Source: an uncultured Chloroflexia bacterium
GTDB taxonomy: Bacteria; Chloroflexota; Limnocylindria; Limnocylindrales; CSP1-4
Length of the DNA stretch: 64,000 bases
Direction: 5' to 3'
Assembly (NCBI GenBank): GCA_963828165.1
Contig: CAWHDR010000001.1
Span: 1,696,001-1,760,000 of the forward strand
Positions 38,554-48,465 of the stretch are shown here, in pieces (positions within the stretch are counted from its first letter, which is position 1; each line of letters opens with the position of its first letter). The notes beneath the pieces are model-generated. The model was given only the letters and a program-made list of their open reading frames with translations, was not told the DNA's origin and ran no database searches. The translations under genes were made by a program, and so were the position numbers.

Positions 38554-38740
38554 TGCCCGAAGGGGCAGGTGCGAACCGCCAGAACCGCACCGGGGAGTGA
38601 TCCTCGGAGCGGGATCGGGAGCCAGGTTCACTGGTCGCAAGGCCAGCGGGCGAGGCTCACGGGCGGCACCCGGAGACTCCGGACTTGTTCGGAGCCGAAG
38701 GGAGGCCGATTGGCCGGTTTCCTACCAGTTCCTTCGGGCA
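38554..38740 (+). ncRNA. candidate ~187-nt structured non-coding RNA
   Basis: Terminal pairing TGCCCGAAGG/CCTTCGGGCA, multiple internal helices with G-U pairs, GCAA tetraloop; 5' end at the predicted TSS. Confidence 0.6.
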
Positions 38741-38818
38741 TTTGCACGTCCGCGGCCCGGGCGCCGGCGACCCGCGGCTGGGCAGCACGCCTGATCCTGG
38801 TCGGGGTAGGCTCGCGCG

Positions 38819-40075
38819 GTGATCCCTGATCCGGCACCCATCCCCGCCCGACCACGCCCGACGCAGGACTGGCGGGTCCTCGTCGCCGTCTTCTGGGTCA
38901 CCTCGATGGTCGAGGGTGCCGGCGTCAGCCAGATCTTCGCCCTCGTTCCGTCCTACCTGCGCGAGATGGGCGTCCCGGAAGCCGACCGCCTCACCTTCGT
39001 CGGGCTCTTCAGCTCGCTGATCTTCGTGGTCGGGATGCCGCTCGTGCCGCTGTGGGGTGTGTGGGCCGACAAGTACAGCCGCAAGGCCGTCATCGTGCGG
39101 AGCGCGCTCGTCGAGGCGGTGGTGTTCGCCGGCGTGGCGCTGTCCAGGGAGCCGTGGCAGCTGGCCCTGAGCATGCTCCTCATCGGGTTCCAGCTCGGGA
39201 ACACCGGGGTCATGCTCGCCGGCATCCGCGACGTGACGCCGATCCGCCGGCTTGGCACGACGATCGCGATCTTCGGCGCGTCGGGCCCGATCGGGTTCGC
39301 GGTCGGCCCGGCCCTGGCCGGCGTCCTGATCGACGGCCTCGGATGGTCGTTGCCGGCCGTGTTCTGGTTGTCGGCCGCCATGTCCGTCGGGACGGCGCTC
39401 CTCGTCACGTTCGGCTCCCGTGAGGTCCGGCCGGACGTCATCCCGACCGGTCGCGTCCTGGACCTGGCCTTCGGCGCCGTCCGCGGCGTGCTCGCCGATC
39501 CGATCGTCGTGCGCATCTTCGTGATCTTCGGGGTGTCGTTCCTGGCCACCCAGATGACGAGGCCCTACATCCCGGTCCTCGTCGAGGGCCTCGCCGGCAC
39601 CGGTCCGGGCCTGGCCTCGGCGATCGCGCTGGTCATGGGTACCGCCGCGCTCGTCGGCGGGGTCATCTCGCCCCTCGGTGGGGTGCTTGGCGACCGTGTC
39701 GGGTTCCGTGCGGTGCTCGTCGGCGCCCTCGCGGCCGGCGGTACCGTGCTGATCGCGATGCCCTTCGTCTCGAGCGTCCCGGCCCTGGCCGGGCTGGCGG
39801 TCGTGTCCGGGGCGGCGACCGCCACGGTGAGCGCGATGGTCTTCGGCCTTCTCGCCATCGACGTTCCGCCGGAGCGACGGTCGGCGACCCTCAACCTCGT
39901 CTACCTGCCGCTGTACGCGGCGGGCATCGTGGGTCCGGCCGTGGGCGCGGGCGTCGTCATGGTGACCGGCCTGACCGGGCCGTTCCTCGTCGCCGCAGCG
40001 ATCTTCATCGCGGGCGCCGTCGTCATCGCGGTACGACCATCACGGGACCGCGTGCCGGTGGCCGATCAGGGCTGA
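38819..40075 (+). CDS. MFS transporter (DHA1-like)
   Basis: WGVWADKYSRK, GVLGDRVG, 12 TM; TAGGCT 6 nt before GTG. Confidence 0.9.
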   Translation: MIPDPAPIPARPRPTQDWRVLVAVFWVTSMVEGAGVSQIFALVPSYLREMGVPEADRLTFVGLFSSLIFVVGMPLVPLWGVWADKYSRKAVIVRSALVEAVVFAGVALSREPWQLALSMLLIGFQLGNTGVMLAGIRDVTPIRRLGTTIAIFGASGPIGFAVGPALAGVLIDGLGWSLPAVFWLSAAMSVGTALLVTFGSREVRPDVIPTGRVLDLAFGAVRGVLADPIVVRIFVIFGVSFLATQMTRPYIPVLVEGLAGTGPGLASAIALVMGTAALVGGVISPLGGVLGDRVGFRAVLVGALAAGGTVLIAMPFVSSVPALAGLAVVSGAATATVSAMVFGLLAIDVPPERRSATLNLVYLPLYAAGIVGPAVGAGVVMVTGLTGPFLVAAAIFIAGAVVIAVRPSRDRVPVADQG

Positions 40076-40494
40076 CGGAACTCTCCGTACCCACCGCGCG
40101 CCACCTCCACCGTGGTGCCGTCGCGCAGGAGCAGATCGATCCGCATCGCGCCGCCCGTGGCGGTGCACGGATCGCCCTCACAGCTCACGATCACCCGCTC
40201 CGCGTCGCTGACCTCGATGCCGGCGATCATGCCCTCGACCGACCCGGCGCTCAGACACCGCTCCCGTGCCAGCCCACGACACTCGATCGGAGGCCCCGTG
40301 GCCACCGGGTCGGCCACGATCTCACCGAGCGGGCCGGCCGGCACTGGCGATCGGGGCTCCGGCCGCAACCCGAAGCCGATGCAGCCCGCCACCGCGCCCG
40401 CGGCGACGACCGCGAAGGTCGCCATCGCCAGGGGATGCGGGAAGCGCCGACGGTCGTCCCCCAGACGACGCGCCGGCGCTGTGGATGTGGTCAC
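40066..40494 (-). CDS. hypothetical exported/lipoprotein
   Basis: Hydrophobic stretch + VAGC, four further Cys; CACGAT 6 nt before GTG. Confidence 0.55.
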   Translation of the reverse strand: MTTSTAPARRLGDDRRRFPHPLAMATFAVVAAGAVAGCIGFGLRPEPRSPVPAGPLGEIVADPVATGPPIECRGLARERCLSAGSVEGMIAGIEVSDAERVIVSCEGDPCTATGGAMRIDLLLRDGTTVEVARGGYGEFRQP

Positions 40495-40604
40495 GACCGC
40501 ATCGTGGTCGCGAGCGGGGCCGACCGACAGCCCGACCATCCCCGGTCCGCGTTCCGGGAAATCCCGGACCCGTCCGCCGATGACCCTCTGCTACTGTCGG
40601 AGCC

Positions 40605-42326
40605 ATGGACCAGCGTCTCCGGGATCGGGCCTCGATCGTCATCGCCGGCATCGGCGTGATCCTTTCCCTGGTCGTGATCTTGTTCGCTCGGTTCGACCCA
40701 GGTGTCGTGCTGACCACCTCGGGTCCGCACGTCATCGTGGACGACGTCGCGCCCCGCAGCATCGCGGCCACATACGGCCTGCGCCCGGGCATGGTGGTCC
40801 TGGAGCTCCAGGGCGTGACGCTGGTCCAGATGCCGCAGTACGTGGAACCGCAGGTCGAATCGACGCCAGACCCGGTGACCGGGGAGTTCCCACCCTACGT
40901 GCCCCGCATCGAGCCGAGCGCTCCGGTCGTCGTCGATCTCGATCCGGTCCTCGTCGAGGAGTTGCTCAGCCTGCCGCCCACGCAGCTTATCGCGGTGGAG
41001 TCATGGGTGGTCGAGGAGGCCGGCGTGACCGGCGTCGACGAGTCGGGCATCTTCCCCGACGGATACCAGGTCGTCTACCTGTACGACGACGGCATCGACG
41101 GGATCCGGATGCGGCTGCCGACGCTGATCGCCGGGGCGCTCCTCCTGTTCGTCATCGGCTGGTGGCTGGCCAGCGGCCGGGGAGGTCCCGCCCTGCGGCC
41201 ACTGGCGGCTCCCGTTGCATCGGCGACGAGCATGCCGTTCATCGTGGAGCCCTTGTATGCGTCCTGGTCGCCGCCGATGATCGCCTTGGCCGGCCTCCTC
41301 ACGACCGCCGCGATGCTGCCCCTGGCGCTCGCGTTACTGGAACGCATCGATGACGCCGATATCCGTCGGGGGATCACGTTCGCGGTCGCGGGCGTGACCG
41401 GGACGGCTGCGCTCGTGAGCGTGGTCGCCATGTGGACGGCTCCCTGGCAGGGCGAGGATCTCCTGCGCTGGACCCTGATCGCGGCGATCCCGTTGCTCCC
41501 GGGGCTCGCGGCCGCCGGTCCGATCCAACGCACCGGCGCGACGCCGCTGGCCAGCGGCCGCCTGTTGGAGACCGCGGAATATGCAGCCGTCGGTGCCACG
41601 CCGGCCATCGCGCTCGCATCGGCCGGACCGGGCAACGGCATCCCGCTGCTCCTGTGGTTCCTCCTCGTGCTCTCGGCGGGCCGGTTCACCATCCGGCCTC
41701 TCGCCCGGCTCGCGACGCGCGCCACGCTCCAGCGGGACCTCGTCGTCGCCGCCACCGAAGCGGAGCGAGCCCGGGTCGCTGCGGACATCCATGACGATGC
41801 CCTCCAGGAGCTCACGCTCCTCGTGCATCGACTCGACGCGGCCGGTGACACCGAAGGAGCCGACATCGCGAGGACGGTGTCGGATCGCCTGCGCGCGATC
41901 TGCGGGGACCTGCGACTGCCGATCCTCGACGACCTCGGGGTCGGACCTGCCCTGGACTGGCTCGTCCTTCGCATCGAACGCCTGGCCGGTGGCGAGGTTC
42001 GTCTCGAGCGCTCGGACGGGACCCGGCCGCCCGCCGACGTCGAGCTCGCGTTCTTTCGGGTGGCCCAGGAGGCGCTGGCCAACGCGGTCAAGCACGGCAA
42101 GCCACCGATCCTGGTCCGCTACGCGACGACACCAGGGGGCGCCACCCTGTCGATCGACGACGCCGGTCCCGGTATCGAGCCCGACGCCGGCGAGGGCGCG
42201 GACCGTGCCGGCCACTTCGGTCTGCTGAACATGCAGCAGCGCGCCGAGGCCATCGGCGCGATCCTCGACGTCCGTCGTTGGCCGTCGGGCGGCACGCACG
42301 TGGCCCTGGACTGGCGGTCGCACTGA
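40605..42326 (+). CDS. membrane sensor histidine kinase (HisKA_3 type)
   Basis: DIHDDALQ H-box, FRVAQEALANAVKH, DDAGPG, FGLLNMQQRA; multiple TM. Confidence 0.9.
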   Translation: MDQRLRDRASIVIAGIGVILSLVVILFARFDPGVVLTTSGPHVIVDDVAPRSIAATYGLRPGMVVLELQGVTLVQMPQYVEPQVESTPDPVTGEFPPYVPRIEPSAPVVVDLDPVLVEELLSLPPTQLIAVESWVVEEAGVTGVDESGIFPDGYQVVYLYDDGIDGIRMRLPTLIAGALLLFVIGWWLASGRGGPALRPLAAPVASATSMPFIVEPLYASWSPPMIALAGLLTTAAMLPLALALLERIDDADIRRGITFAVAGVTGTAALVSVVAMWTAPWQGEDLLRWTLIAAIPLLPGLAAAGPIQRTGATPLASGRLLETAEYAAVGATPAIALASAGPGNGIPLLLWFLLVLSAGRFTIRPLARLATRATLQRDLVVAATEAERARVAADIHDDALQELTLLVHRLDAAGDTEGADIARTVSDRLRAICGDLRLPILDDLGVGPALDWLVLRIERLAGGEVRLERSDGTRPPADVELAFFRVAQEALANAVKHGKPPILVRYATTPGGATLSIDDAGPGIEPDAGEGADRAGHFGLLNMQQRAEAIGAILDVRRWPSGGTHVALDWRSH

Positions 42327-42985
42327 TCCGGGTCGGCATCGTCGACGACCACCCGGTCGTCGGCGAAGGGACCGCGGCGATCCTGCGCGCGCAGCCCGAC
42401 ATCGAGGTGATCACCGTCGCCCCGTCGCTCGCGACCGCCGAGGCGGCCGGGCTGTTCGATGCCACCCGGGTCGATGTGGTCCTGCTCGACATCCGCCTGG
42501 GGACGGACACTGGCCTGCGCGCGTTGACCCCCTCGCGACCGGCGGATGGTGGCAAGACCGCCGAAACCGTCCAGCAGTCGACCACCAAGCCGCGACCCGC
42601 GATCATCGTGCTGACGGCCTACGACTATCCGCAGTACGCGGAGGCGGCCCTCCGCCTGGGAGCGGCAGGGTTCGTGCTCAAGACCGCGCCGATCCCCGAG
42701 CTCGTCGACGCGATCCGGCGTGTTGCCGCGGGCGGCCTGGCCTTCTCGGTGCGCCCGGCGTCGGCCGGCCTCGCTCGCCTCTCTCCGCGTGAGCACGATG
42801 TCGTGCGCCTCGTTGCGGACGGGCGCACGAACGACGAGATCGGGTCGGCCCTGCAGATCGGCTCCAAGACCGTCGAGACCCACCTTGCCCGGTTGTTCGA
42901 ACGGCTCGGCGTCGCGTCGCGCACCGAGCTTGCGATGCGCGCCGTGCGCGAGGGCTGGCTCGACGTGCCGCCGGGCGACCGCTAG
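42323..42985 (+). CDS. NarL/LuxR family response regulator
   Basis: IRVGIVDDHP, LLDIRL, FVLK, LSPREHDV...KTVETH; start uncertain (CTG 42323 or TTG 42278). Confidence 0.9.
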   Translation: MIRVGIVDDHPVVGEGTAAILRAQPDIEVITVAPSLATAEAAGLFDATRVDVVLLDIRLGTDTGLRALTPSRPADGGKTAETVQQSTTKPRPAIIVLTAYDYPQYAEAALRLGAAGFVLKTAPIPELVDAIRRVAAGGLAFSVRPASAGLARLSPREHDVVRLVADGRTNDEIGSALQIGSKTVETHLARLFERLGVASRTELAMRAVREGWLDVPPGDR

Positions 42986-43027
42986 CCGGCCACTGGGCGA
43001 TCCGCCGCCTGATGTAGATTTCGCGAG

Positions 43028-43888
43028 ATGAACCGGGACGACGGCGGGCTGCCGCCGCCCGAGGGCCGCGAGCGCGCGGCTGCCGTCGGGCTGGTGCTCG
43101 CCGCCGCGGTGTCGCCGCAGGTCGGTGCGGTGATCGCCGTGTCGCTGTTCGACGAGCTGGGGCCGGCGGGTGCGGCCTTCCTGCGGCTGGCGATCGCGGC
43201 GATCGTGCTGTGGGTGGTCTGGCGCCCCCGGCTGACGGGCGACCTGCGGCTCGCGGCGGCGTTCGGCGTCGCGCTCGGGCTGATGAACTGGTCGTTCTAC
43301 GAGGCGATCGCGCGCATCCCGCTCGGCGCCGCGGTGACGATCGAGTTCGCGGGCCCGCTGCTCGTGGGGGTGATCGGCTCGCGGCGGCCGCTCGACGTCC
43401 TGTGGGTGGCGCTCGCCGCGGTGGGCATCGTGATCCTGGTCGACCCCGGCGGCGGATCGATGGACCCGGCCGGCGTCGGCTTCGCAGTCGCCGCCGGGGC
43501 GTGCTGGATGGCCTACATCTACCTCTGCAAGCGCACCGGAACGGCGTTCCCGGGTGGGTCCGGGCTTGCGCTCGCGATGGTGGTCGGAGCCTTGATCGTG
43601 CTCCCGGCGGGCGTGATCCAGGCGGACGGCGCGCTCGCCCAGCCCAACCTGCTGGGGGCGGCGTTCGTCGTGGCGCTCACCTCGTCGGTGCTGCCGTATT
43701 CGCTCGAACTAGAGGCGCTGCGCCGGCTCCCGGAGTCGGTGTTCGGCGTGCTGATGTCGCTCGACCCGGCGATCGCCGCGCTGGCCGGGTTCCTGGTGCT
43801 CGGCCAGGACCTTGGCGTGCGCGACGTGCTCGCGATCGCGATGGTGGTCGTGGCCAGCGCCGGTGCGGCCAGCCTCAGCCACCGATGA
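43028..43888 (+). CDS. EamA family transporter (RhtA-like)
   Basis: MNWSFYEAIARIPLG.AVTIEF.GPL, PYSLELEALRR, FGVLMSLDP. Confidence 0.9.
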   Translation: MNRDDGGLPPPEGRERAAAVGLVLAAAVSPQVGAVIAVSLFDELGPAGAAFLRLAIAAIVLWVVWRPRLTGDLRLAAAFGVALGLMNWSFYEAIARIPLGAAVTIEFAGPLLVGVIGSRRPLDVLWVALAAVGIVILVDPGGGSMDPAGVGFAVAAGACWMAYIYLCKRTGTAFPGGSGLALAMVVGALIVLPAGVIQADGALAQPNLLGAAFVVALTSSVLPYSLELEALRRLPESVFGVLMSLDPAIAALAGFLVLGQDLGVRDVLAIAMVVVASAGAASLSHR

Positions 43889-43923
43889 CCTCGCCGGCAA
43901 GCCGTCGCGGGCTGCCGGCACCC

Positions 43924-44808
43924 TCACGTAGCTTCGCGAGCGCGGACAGGGGCTGGAGCCGGCGGTGCCGGATCACGCAGCGCGATGACCGCCAGGAGCA
44001 TCGCGAGGCCGCCGTACCACAGCGCCGGAAGGGCCAGCATCCCGGCCACTGGCACCGTCCAGCGGCGGTTCGTACGGGCGCCCCAGACGACGAGCGCCAC
44101 CGCGAACGGCAGCCGGACCAGGAACGGGATCGGGACGGCGGCCCAAGTGCCGTCGCGGCCGGCGATCCGGCTCAACACCTCGCCCCACTGGAACCAGGCA
44201 TCCGGCAGTGTCACGAACGAGACGGCCACGATCAGCGCCGTGGCTCCCAGCGCGATGAACAGCTGCCGCCATTCGCCCCGGACCACGAACCACAGCAGCC
44301 CGATGCCGGGCGTGATCTTCGTGAGCAGCACCAGTGCCCAGGTCGCTGGCCAGCGGAAGCCGAGGACCATCGCCGCCGCGAGGAGCAGGTGGATGTTGCC
44401 GCCGGCGAGCTCCATCAGGCTCAGGACGACGCCGACCGTGAACCACTTCCGCCCGGTGAGCACGAACACGGCCGCCAGCAGGATCCCGGTCCAGATCGCC
44501 ATGTAGACCTGCCACGGCAGGACGCGGATGGGCTGCAGGAGCTGCAGGAAGGCGGGCGAATACACGTACGCGATCGGGTCCGTCCAGTCGGATCGCGCGT
44601 ACGGATCGTCAAGCGACGGGAACCAGTAGCAGTACGCGTCCTGACCGGTGCCCCACAGCCGACCGAACGGCTCCGAGAACACGACGATCGCCAGCCAGAT
44701 CGCGGCCACGAGGGCGAGGCCGACGATCTCGTAGCGGTTGCGCCACGCGCGCTCGGCCAGCGGCGGACGCTCGGTCGCGGCTGGGCGGTCGATCGACAGG
44801 TCGGTCAT
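43924..44808 (-). CDS. glycosyltransferase family 87-like membrane protein
   Basis: DAYCYW, YVYSPAF, GNIHLL, LTKITPGIGLLW. Confidence 0.8.
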   Translation of the reverse strand: MTDLSIDRPAATERPPLAERAWRNRYEIVGLALVAAIWLAIVVFSEPFGRLWGTGQDAYCYWFPSLDDPYARSDWTDPIAYVYSPAFLQLLQPIRVLPWQVYMAIWTGILLAAVFVLTGRKWFTVGVVLSLMELAGGNIHLLLAAAMVLGFRWPATWALVLLTKITPGIGLLWFVVRGEWRQLFIALGATALIVAVSFVTLPDAWFQWGEVLSRIAGRDGTWAAVPIPFLVRLPFAVALVVWGARTNRRWTVPVAGMLALPALWYGGLAMLLAVIALRDPAPPAPAPVRAREAT

Positions 44809-44903
44809 GGGCTCCCATCGTGTCGCCAGGCTGGGGCGGGCGACCGGACTGTACGCCATGAGCGCACACGCGTCGCCGATGGCGTGTGCCGTACGATGGG
44901 AAC

Positions 44904-45905
44904 GTGCCGAACCTCGCGCTCCCACGCCCGCTGCCCCGACCGCGCCGCCGTCCGAGCGGCCCGGAGGATCCCGTCATGCCCAATCCCGTCTCCGATCCGG
45001 AGATCATCGAGGAAGCGGGCCTGCGCTGGATCCACATCGAGTCGCCGCGGACCGCCGACCGCGACTGGCTCGAGGACAACTTCGACTTCCACCCCCTCGA
45101 CATCGAGGACGTGTACTCGCGCAACCAGCGGCCCAAGCTCGACCAGTACGCGGACTACGTCTTCATCGTTCTCCACTTCCCGCTGTTCGACAAGGACAGC
45201 GGCCGGATCCTGACCGCGGAGCTCGACCTGTTCCTTGGGCCGGATTATCTGATCACGCTGCCGAACATCCCGCTCCCGCCGTTGTCGGCGATGTTCGAGC
45301 GCTACCGCGAGAAGGCCGACCTGCGCGAGGAGGTCTTCTCGAAGGGCTCGGGCTACCTGCTCTACAAGATCGTGGATACCGGCGTCGACGCGTCGTTCCC
45401 GATGCTGCGCAAGACGGGGCTCAAGCTCGAGCGCCTCGAGGACGACATCTTCGAGGGGCGCTCGTCCGAGATCGTGCGCGACCTGTCCGAGGCGAAGCAG
45501 GAGATCATCAACTTCCGCAAGATCGTGCGCCCGCAGCGCGCCGTCCTCCGCGATCTCGAGCGGACGAAGCAGCGCTACCTCCAGGACGAGCTCGAGATCT
45601 ACTTCGATGACATCTCGGACGCCGCCGAGCGGATCTGGGACACGCTCGAGAACTACAAGGAGGTCATCGAGGGCCTCGAGTCGACGAACGAGTCCGTACT
45701 GTCCCACCGGCTGAACGACTCGTTCCGGGTGCTCACCGCGGCCAGCGTCATCCTTCTGCCGCTGACCCTCATCGCGAGCATCTTCGGGATGAACGTGCAG
45801 TTCCCCGGGGAGGGCCAGGGCGTCACGTTCTTCGTGATCCTCGGACTGATGGCGCTGCTGCTCCTGGGCCTCGTCGTCCTGTTCCGGCGGCGCGGCTGGC
45901 TGTAG
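44904..45905 (+). CDS. corA: CorA family Mg2+/Co2+ transporter
   Basis: FHPLDIED, QRPKLD, IFGMN motif; start GTG 44904 (leaderless) or ATG 44976. Confidence 0.92.
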   Translation: MPNLALPRPLPRPRRRPSGPEDPVMPNPVSDPEIIEEAGLRWIHIESPRTADRDWLEDNFDFHPLDIEDVYSRNQRPKLDQYADYVFIVLHFPLFDKDSGRILTAELDLFLGPDYLITLPNIPLPPLSAMFERYREKADLREEVFSKGSGYLLYKIVDTGVDASFPMLRKTGLKLERLEDDIFEGRSSEIVRDLSEAKQEIINFRKIVRPQRAVLRDLERTKQRYLQDELEIYFDDISDAAERIWDTLENYKEVIEGLESTNESVLSHRLNDSFRVLTAASVILLPLTLIASIFGMNVQFPGEGQGVTFFVILGLMALLLLGLVVLFRRRGWL

Positions 45906-45965
45906 GCTGTGGCCTCGCCCGATCGGGTGGAGCGGGAGTTTCACTGACCTGGTGCGCGGAGCTCG

Positions 45966-46130
45966 ATGACCGCTCCCAAGCACACCGCGAGCGCCCGCGC
46001 GGCGTTCGACTGCCACGCCTGGACCGAGGCGTACGACGCCTTTCGGCTGGTCGATCGCGGGATACCGCCGTGATCCGGCCTGATCGGCTGGCCGGCCCGG
46101 TGGCATGGGGTGGACGCCACCATCCCCGCC
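45966..46130 (+). pseudogene. decayed N-terminal fragment of a TPR/LuxR-type regulator
   Basis: ARAAFDCHAWTEAYDAFRLVDR, stop at 46071, continuing in another frame as DRLAGPVAWGGR; family recognised from memory only. Confidence 0.4.
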
Positions 46131-46159
46131 GAGGAAGAATTCGACGCTGGTCCCGTGAC

Positions 46160-47296
46160 CTAACGCGGGAGGTCGCGTTCCTCGGGCCCGACATAGTTGA
46201 CGTCGGGGCGGATCAGGCGGTTGTTCGCAGCCTGTTCGAGCGCGTGGGCGGTCCAGCCCGCGGTCCGTGCCAGCGAGAAGGTCGCCGGGAAGAGATCCGG
46301 CGTGAGGCCGACACCCATGAGCACGGGTGCGGCGTAGAACTCGACGTTCGTCTTGAGCGGCCGGTCGGGATGCTTCTCGGCCAGGACGCGCAGCGCGACA
46401 TCCTCGACCTCGATCGCGAGCTGGAGCCAGTCGGGCTTGTGGGCCATGCCCTCGGCCACGGTCCGCAACGCCTTTGCTCGCGGGTCGTAGGCGCGATAGA
46501 CGCGGTGCCCGAAGCCCATCAGCCGCTCGCCTTTGGCCAGCGCCTCGCGGACCCACTGCTCGGCGTGACCCGCCGAGCCCACTTCGGCCAGCTGGTCGAC
46601 GACTTCCGATGGCGCACCGCCGTGGAGCGGTCCCTTCATCGTCCCGATCGCGCCGGCCACGGCCGAGGCGACGTCCGACCTCGTCGAGATGATGACCCGC
46701 GCGGTGAACGTCGAGGCGTTGAACCCGTGCTCGGAACCGACGATGAAGTAGGCATCAAGTGCGCGTGAGGTGCCCTCATCCGGACGCGAGCCGGTCAGCT
46801 GGTACAGGAAGCCCGGGACGAGATCGAGGGACGGATCGGGCTCGACCGGCTCCTGACCCGAGCGCAGCCGCGCGAACGCAGCGAGCGCGGACGGCGCAAA
46901 GGCCGTCAGGGCACGTGCCTGTTCGACGGTCGGTGGCCACGGCAGCTCCTGGGTCGCACCCCACGCCGAGACCGCCGTGCGCAGGGCGTCCATCGGCTTG
47001 GTCGTGCTGGGCAGCGCCCGGAGGACGGCCAGGACTTCCGCGGGGACGGGCGCGGTCGGGAGGCGGTGCCCCGCATCCCAGTCGCCGGTCCACAGCAGGT
47101 TCGCGACCGCCGGGTACGTCCCGTGCTCCACGAGATCGCCGATGCGATAGCCACGATAGATGAGTCGACCGCGCTCGCCATCGACGAAGGAGAGGCTGGT
47201 CTCGCCGGCGATGACGCCCTCGAGGCCGGGCGAGTAGGGTCGGGAAGCCTGACTGGCTTCGGCCGATGGGCGGTCGGCGGGCGGTGAGTCGGTCAT
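46160..47296 (-). CDS. citrate synthase / methylcitrate synthase family
   Basis: GLEG, YRGY, EHGFNASTF, GPLHGGA, MGFGHRVY, NVEFY. Confidence 0.93.
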   Translation of the reverse strand: MTDSPPADRPSAEASQASRPYSPGLEGVIAGETSLSFVDGERGRLIYRGYRIGDLVEHGTYPAVANLLWTGDWDAGHRLPTAPVPAEVLAVLRALPSTTKPMDALRTAVSAWGATQELPWPPTVEQARALTAFAPSALAAFARLRSGQEPVEPDPSLDLVPGFLYQLTGSRPDEGTSRALDAYFIVGSEHGFNASTFTARVIISTRSDVASAVAGAIGTMKGPLHGGAPSEVVDQLAEVGSAGHAEQWVREALAKGERLMGFGHRVYRAYDPRAKALRTVAEGMAHKPDWLQLAIEVEDVALRVLAEKHPDRPLKTNVEFYAAPVLMGVGLTPDLFPATFSLARTAGWTAHALEQAANNRLIRPDVNYVGPEERDLPR

Positions 47297-47348
47297 GGCC
47301 TGATGGTAGCCGTGGGCGTTTGACGGCGCAGTGCGCCCGGCCGCCGGC

Positions 47349-47606
47349 TCAGCGGTCGTTGATCGCGTTGAGGACCAGGCGAACGATCAGCGAACCGAGG
47401 ACCGCCACGGCGATCGAGGCGATGACCCCGTTGGTCGGACCGAATCCCATCTGCTGGGCGATCCAGCCGCCGACGATCCCGCCGACGATGCCCACGACGA
47501 TGTTCGGGAGGCAACCGCGCGCCGTGCGGCCGCCGATGAGCGCGCCCGAGATGGCCCCGGCGACGAAGCCGAGAACGATCCAGCCGAAGATCCCGAGTTC
47601 AGGCAT
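47349..47606 (-). CDS. GlsB/YeaQ/YmgE family membrane protein
   Basis: WIVLGFVAG, NIVVGIVGGIVGG, AVLGS. Confidence 0.88.
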   Translation of the reverse strand: MPELGIFGWIVLGFVAGAISGALIGGRTARGCLPNIVVGIVGGIVGGWIAQQMGFGPTNGVIASIAVAVLGSLIVRLVLNAINDR

Positions 47607-47631
47607 GGCCGGAGTATCCCACGCGCGACGG

Positions 47632-48465
47632 CTACGGTGCGGCCAGGAACGCGGTCACGGCCTCCACGACCGCGTCGGGGTGGGTGTGGTGGGCCGCGTG
47701 CTTGGCGCCGGGGATGACGACGATCGTGCCGTCGGAGAGGCGATCGTCGAGCGCCGCCGTCGCGTGGCTGAACTCGCGGCGGCTGTCGCCGCCCAGCACC
47801 TGGAGCACGGGCTGCTCGACCGCGCCCAGCCGGTCGAGCCCGGCCTCGTCACCGGACTCGACGGCCACCTCGCGCGCGATCGTCGCGGCCGCCGCCACGC
47901 GCCGCGGCCAGATCGGGTCGGCCCGGTAGCGGTCCAGGTCCTCGGCGCTCATGCCCACGACACGGGTCATGAAGGTCTCGAGGAGCGTCTCGTCCTGTCC
48001 GGCGGCGGCGAGGGCGGAGAGCTCGCGGGGGAGTGCCGCGTCCCCGTAGCGTTCGCCCGGCGGGGTCGGGGCCCCCTCGTACGAGATCACCCGCCCGATG
48101 TCCGCGGTCAGGAGCGCCGCGCCCAGCGCACAGCGGCCACCGTAGGAGTGGCCGAAGACGTCGACCGCGGCACCGGCCTCGTGCGCGAGAGCCGTGGCGA
48201 CGGCCGCCAGATCCTCGAATTCGCGCTCGATGGCGTAGGGCGAGGTGTCACCCGACGCTCCCCGGCCGCGGCGATCGATCGCGTGGATCGTGAACCGGGT
48301 TGCGAGCAACGGCCCGAGGACCCGGAACGTGGTGTGGTCGGCGGCCGCGCCGTGCACGAGGACCAGCGGCGGCCCCACGCCGGTGGTGAACACCGCGATC
48401 GATGTTCCGTCCGTCGAGGGCACGACGCGGTCGGGCTCGTCGGGCGGGGTTGACGACGCCGTCAC
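47632..48465 (-). CDS. alpha/beta hydrolase
   Basis: LVLVHG, DRRGRGASGD, GHSYGG, PGAKH. Confidence 0.9.
   Translation of the reverse strand: MTASSTPPDEPDRVVPSTDGTSIAVFTTGVGPPLVLVHGAAADHTTFRVLGPLLATRFTIHAIDRRGRGASGDTSPYAIEREFEDLAAVATALAHEAGAAVDVFGHSYGGRCALGAALLTADIGRVISYEGAPTPPGERYGDAALPRELSALAAAGQDETLLETFMTRVVGMSAEDLDRYRADPIWPRRVAAAATIAREVAVESGDEAGLDRLGAVEQPVLQVLGGDSRREFSHATAALDDRLSDGTIVVIPGAKHAAHHTHPDAVVEAVTAFLAAP

Noticed and set aside
38566-38600. ZTP, glycine or c-di-AMP riboswitch identity for the 38.6-kb RNA
   Set aside because: Only fragments match (CACCGGGGAG; GGAGA..CCGAAG). The other conserved elements are missing and the downstream gene has its own promoter.
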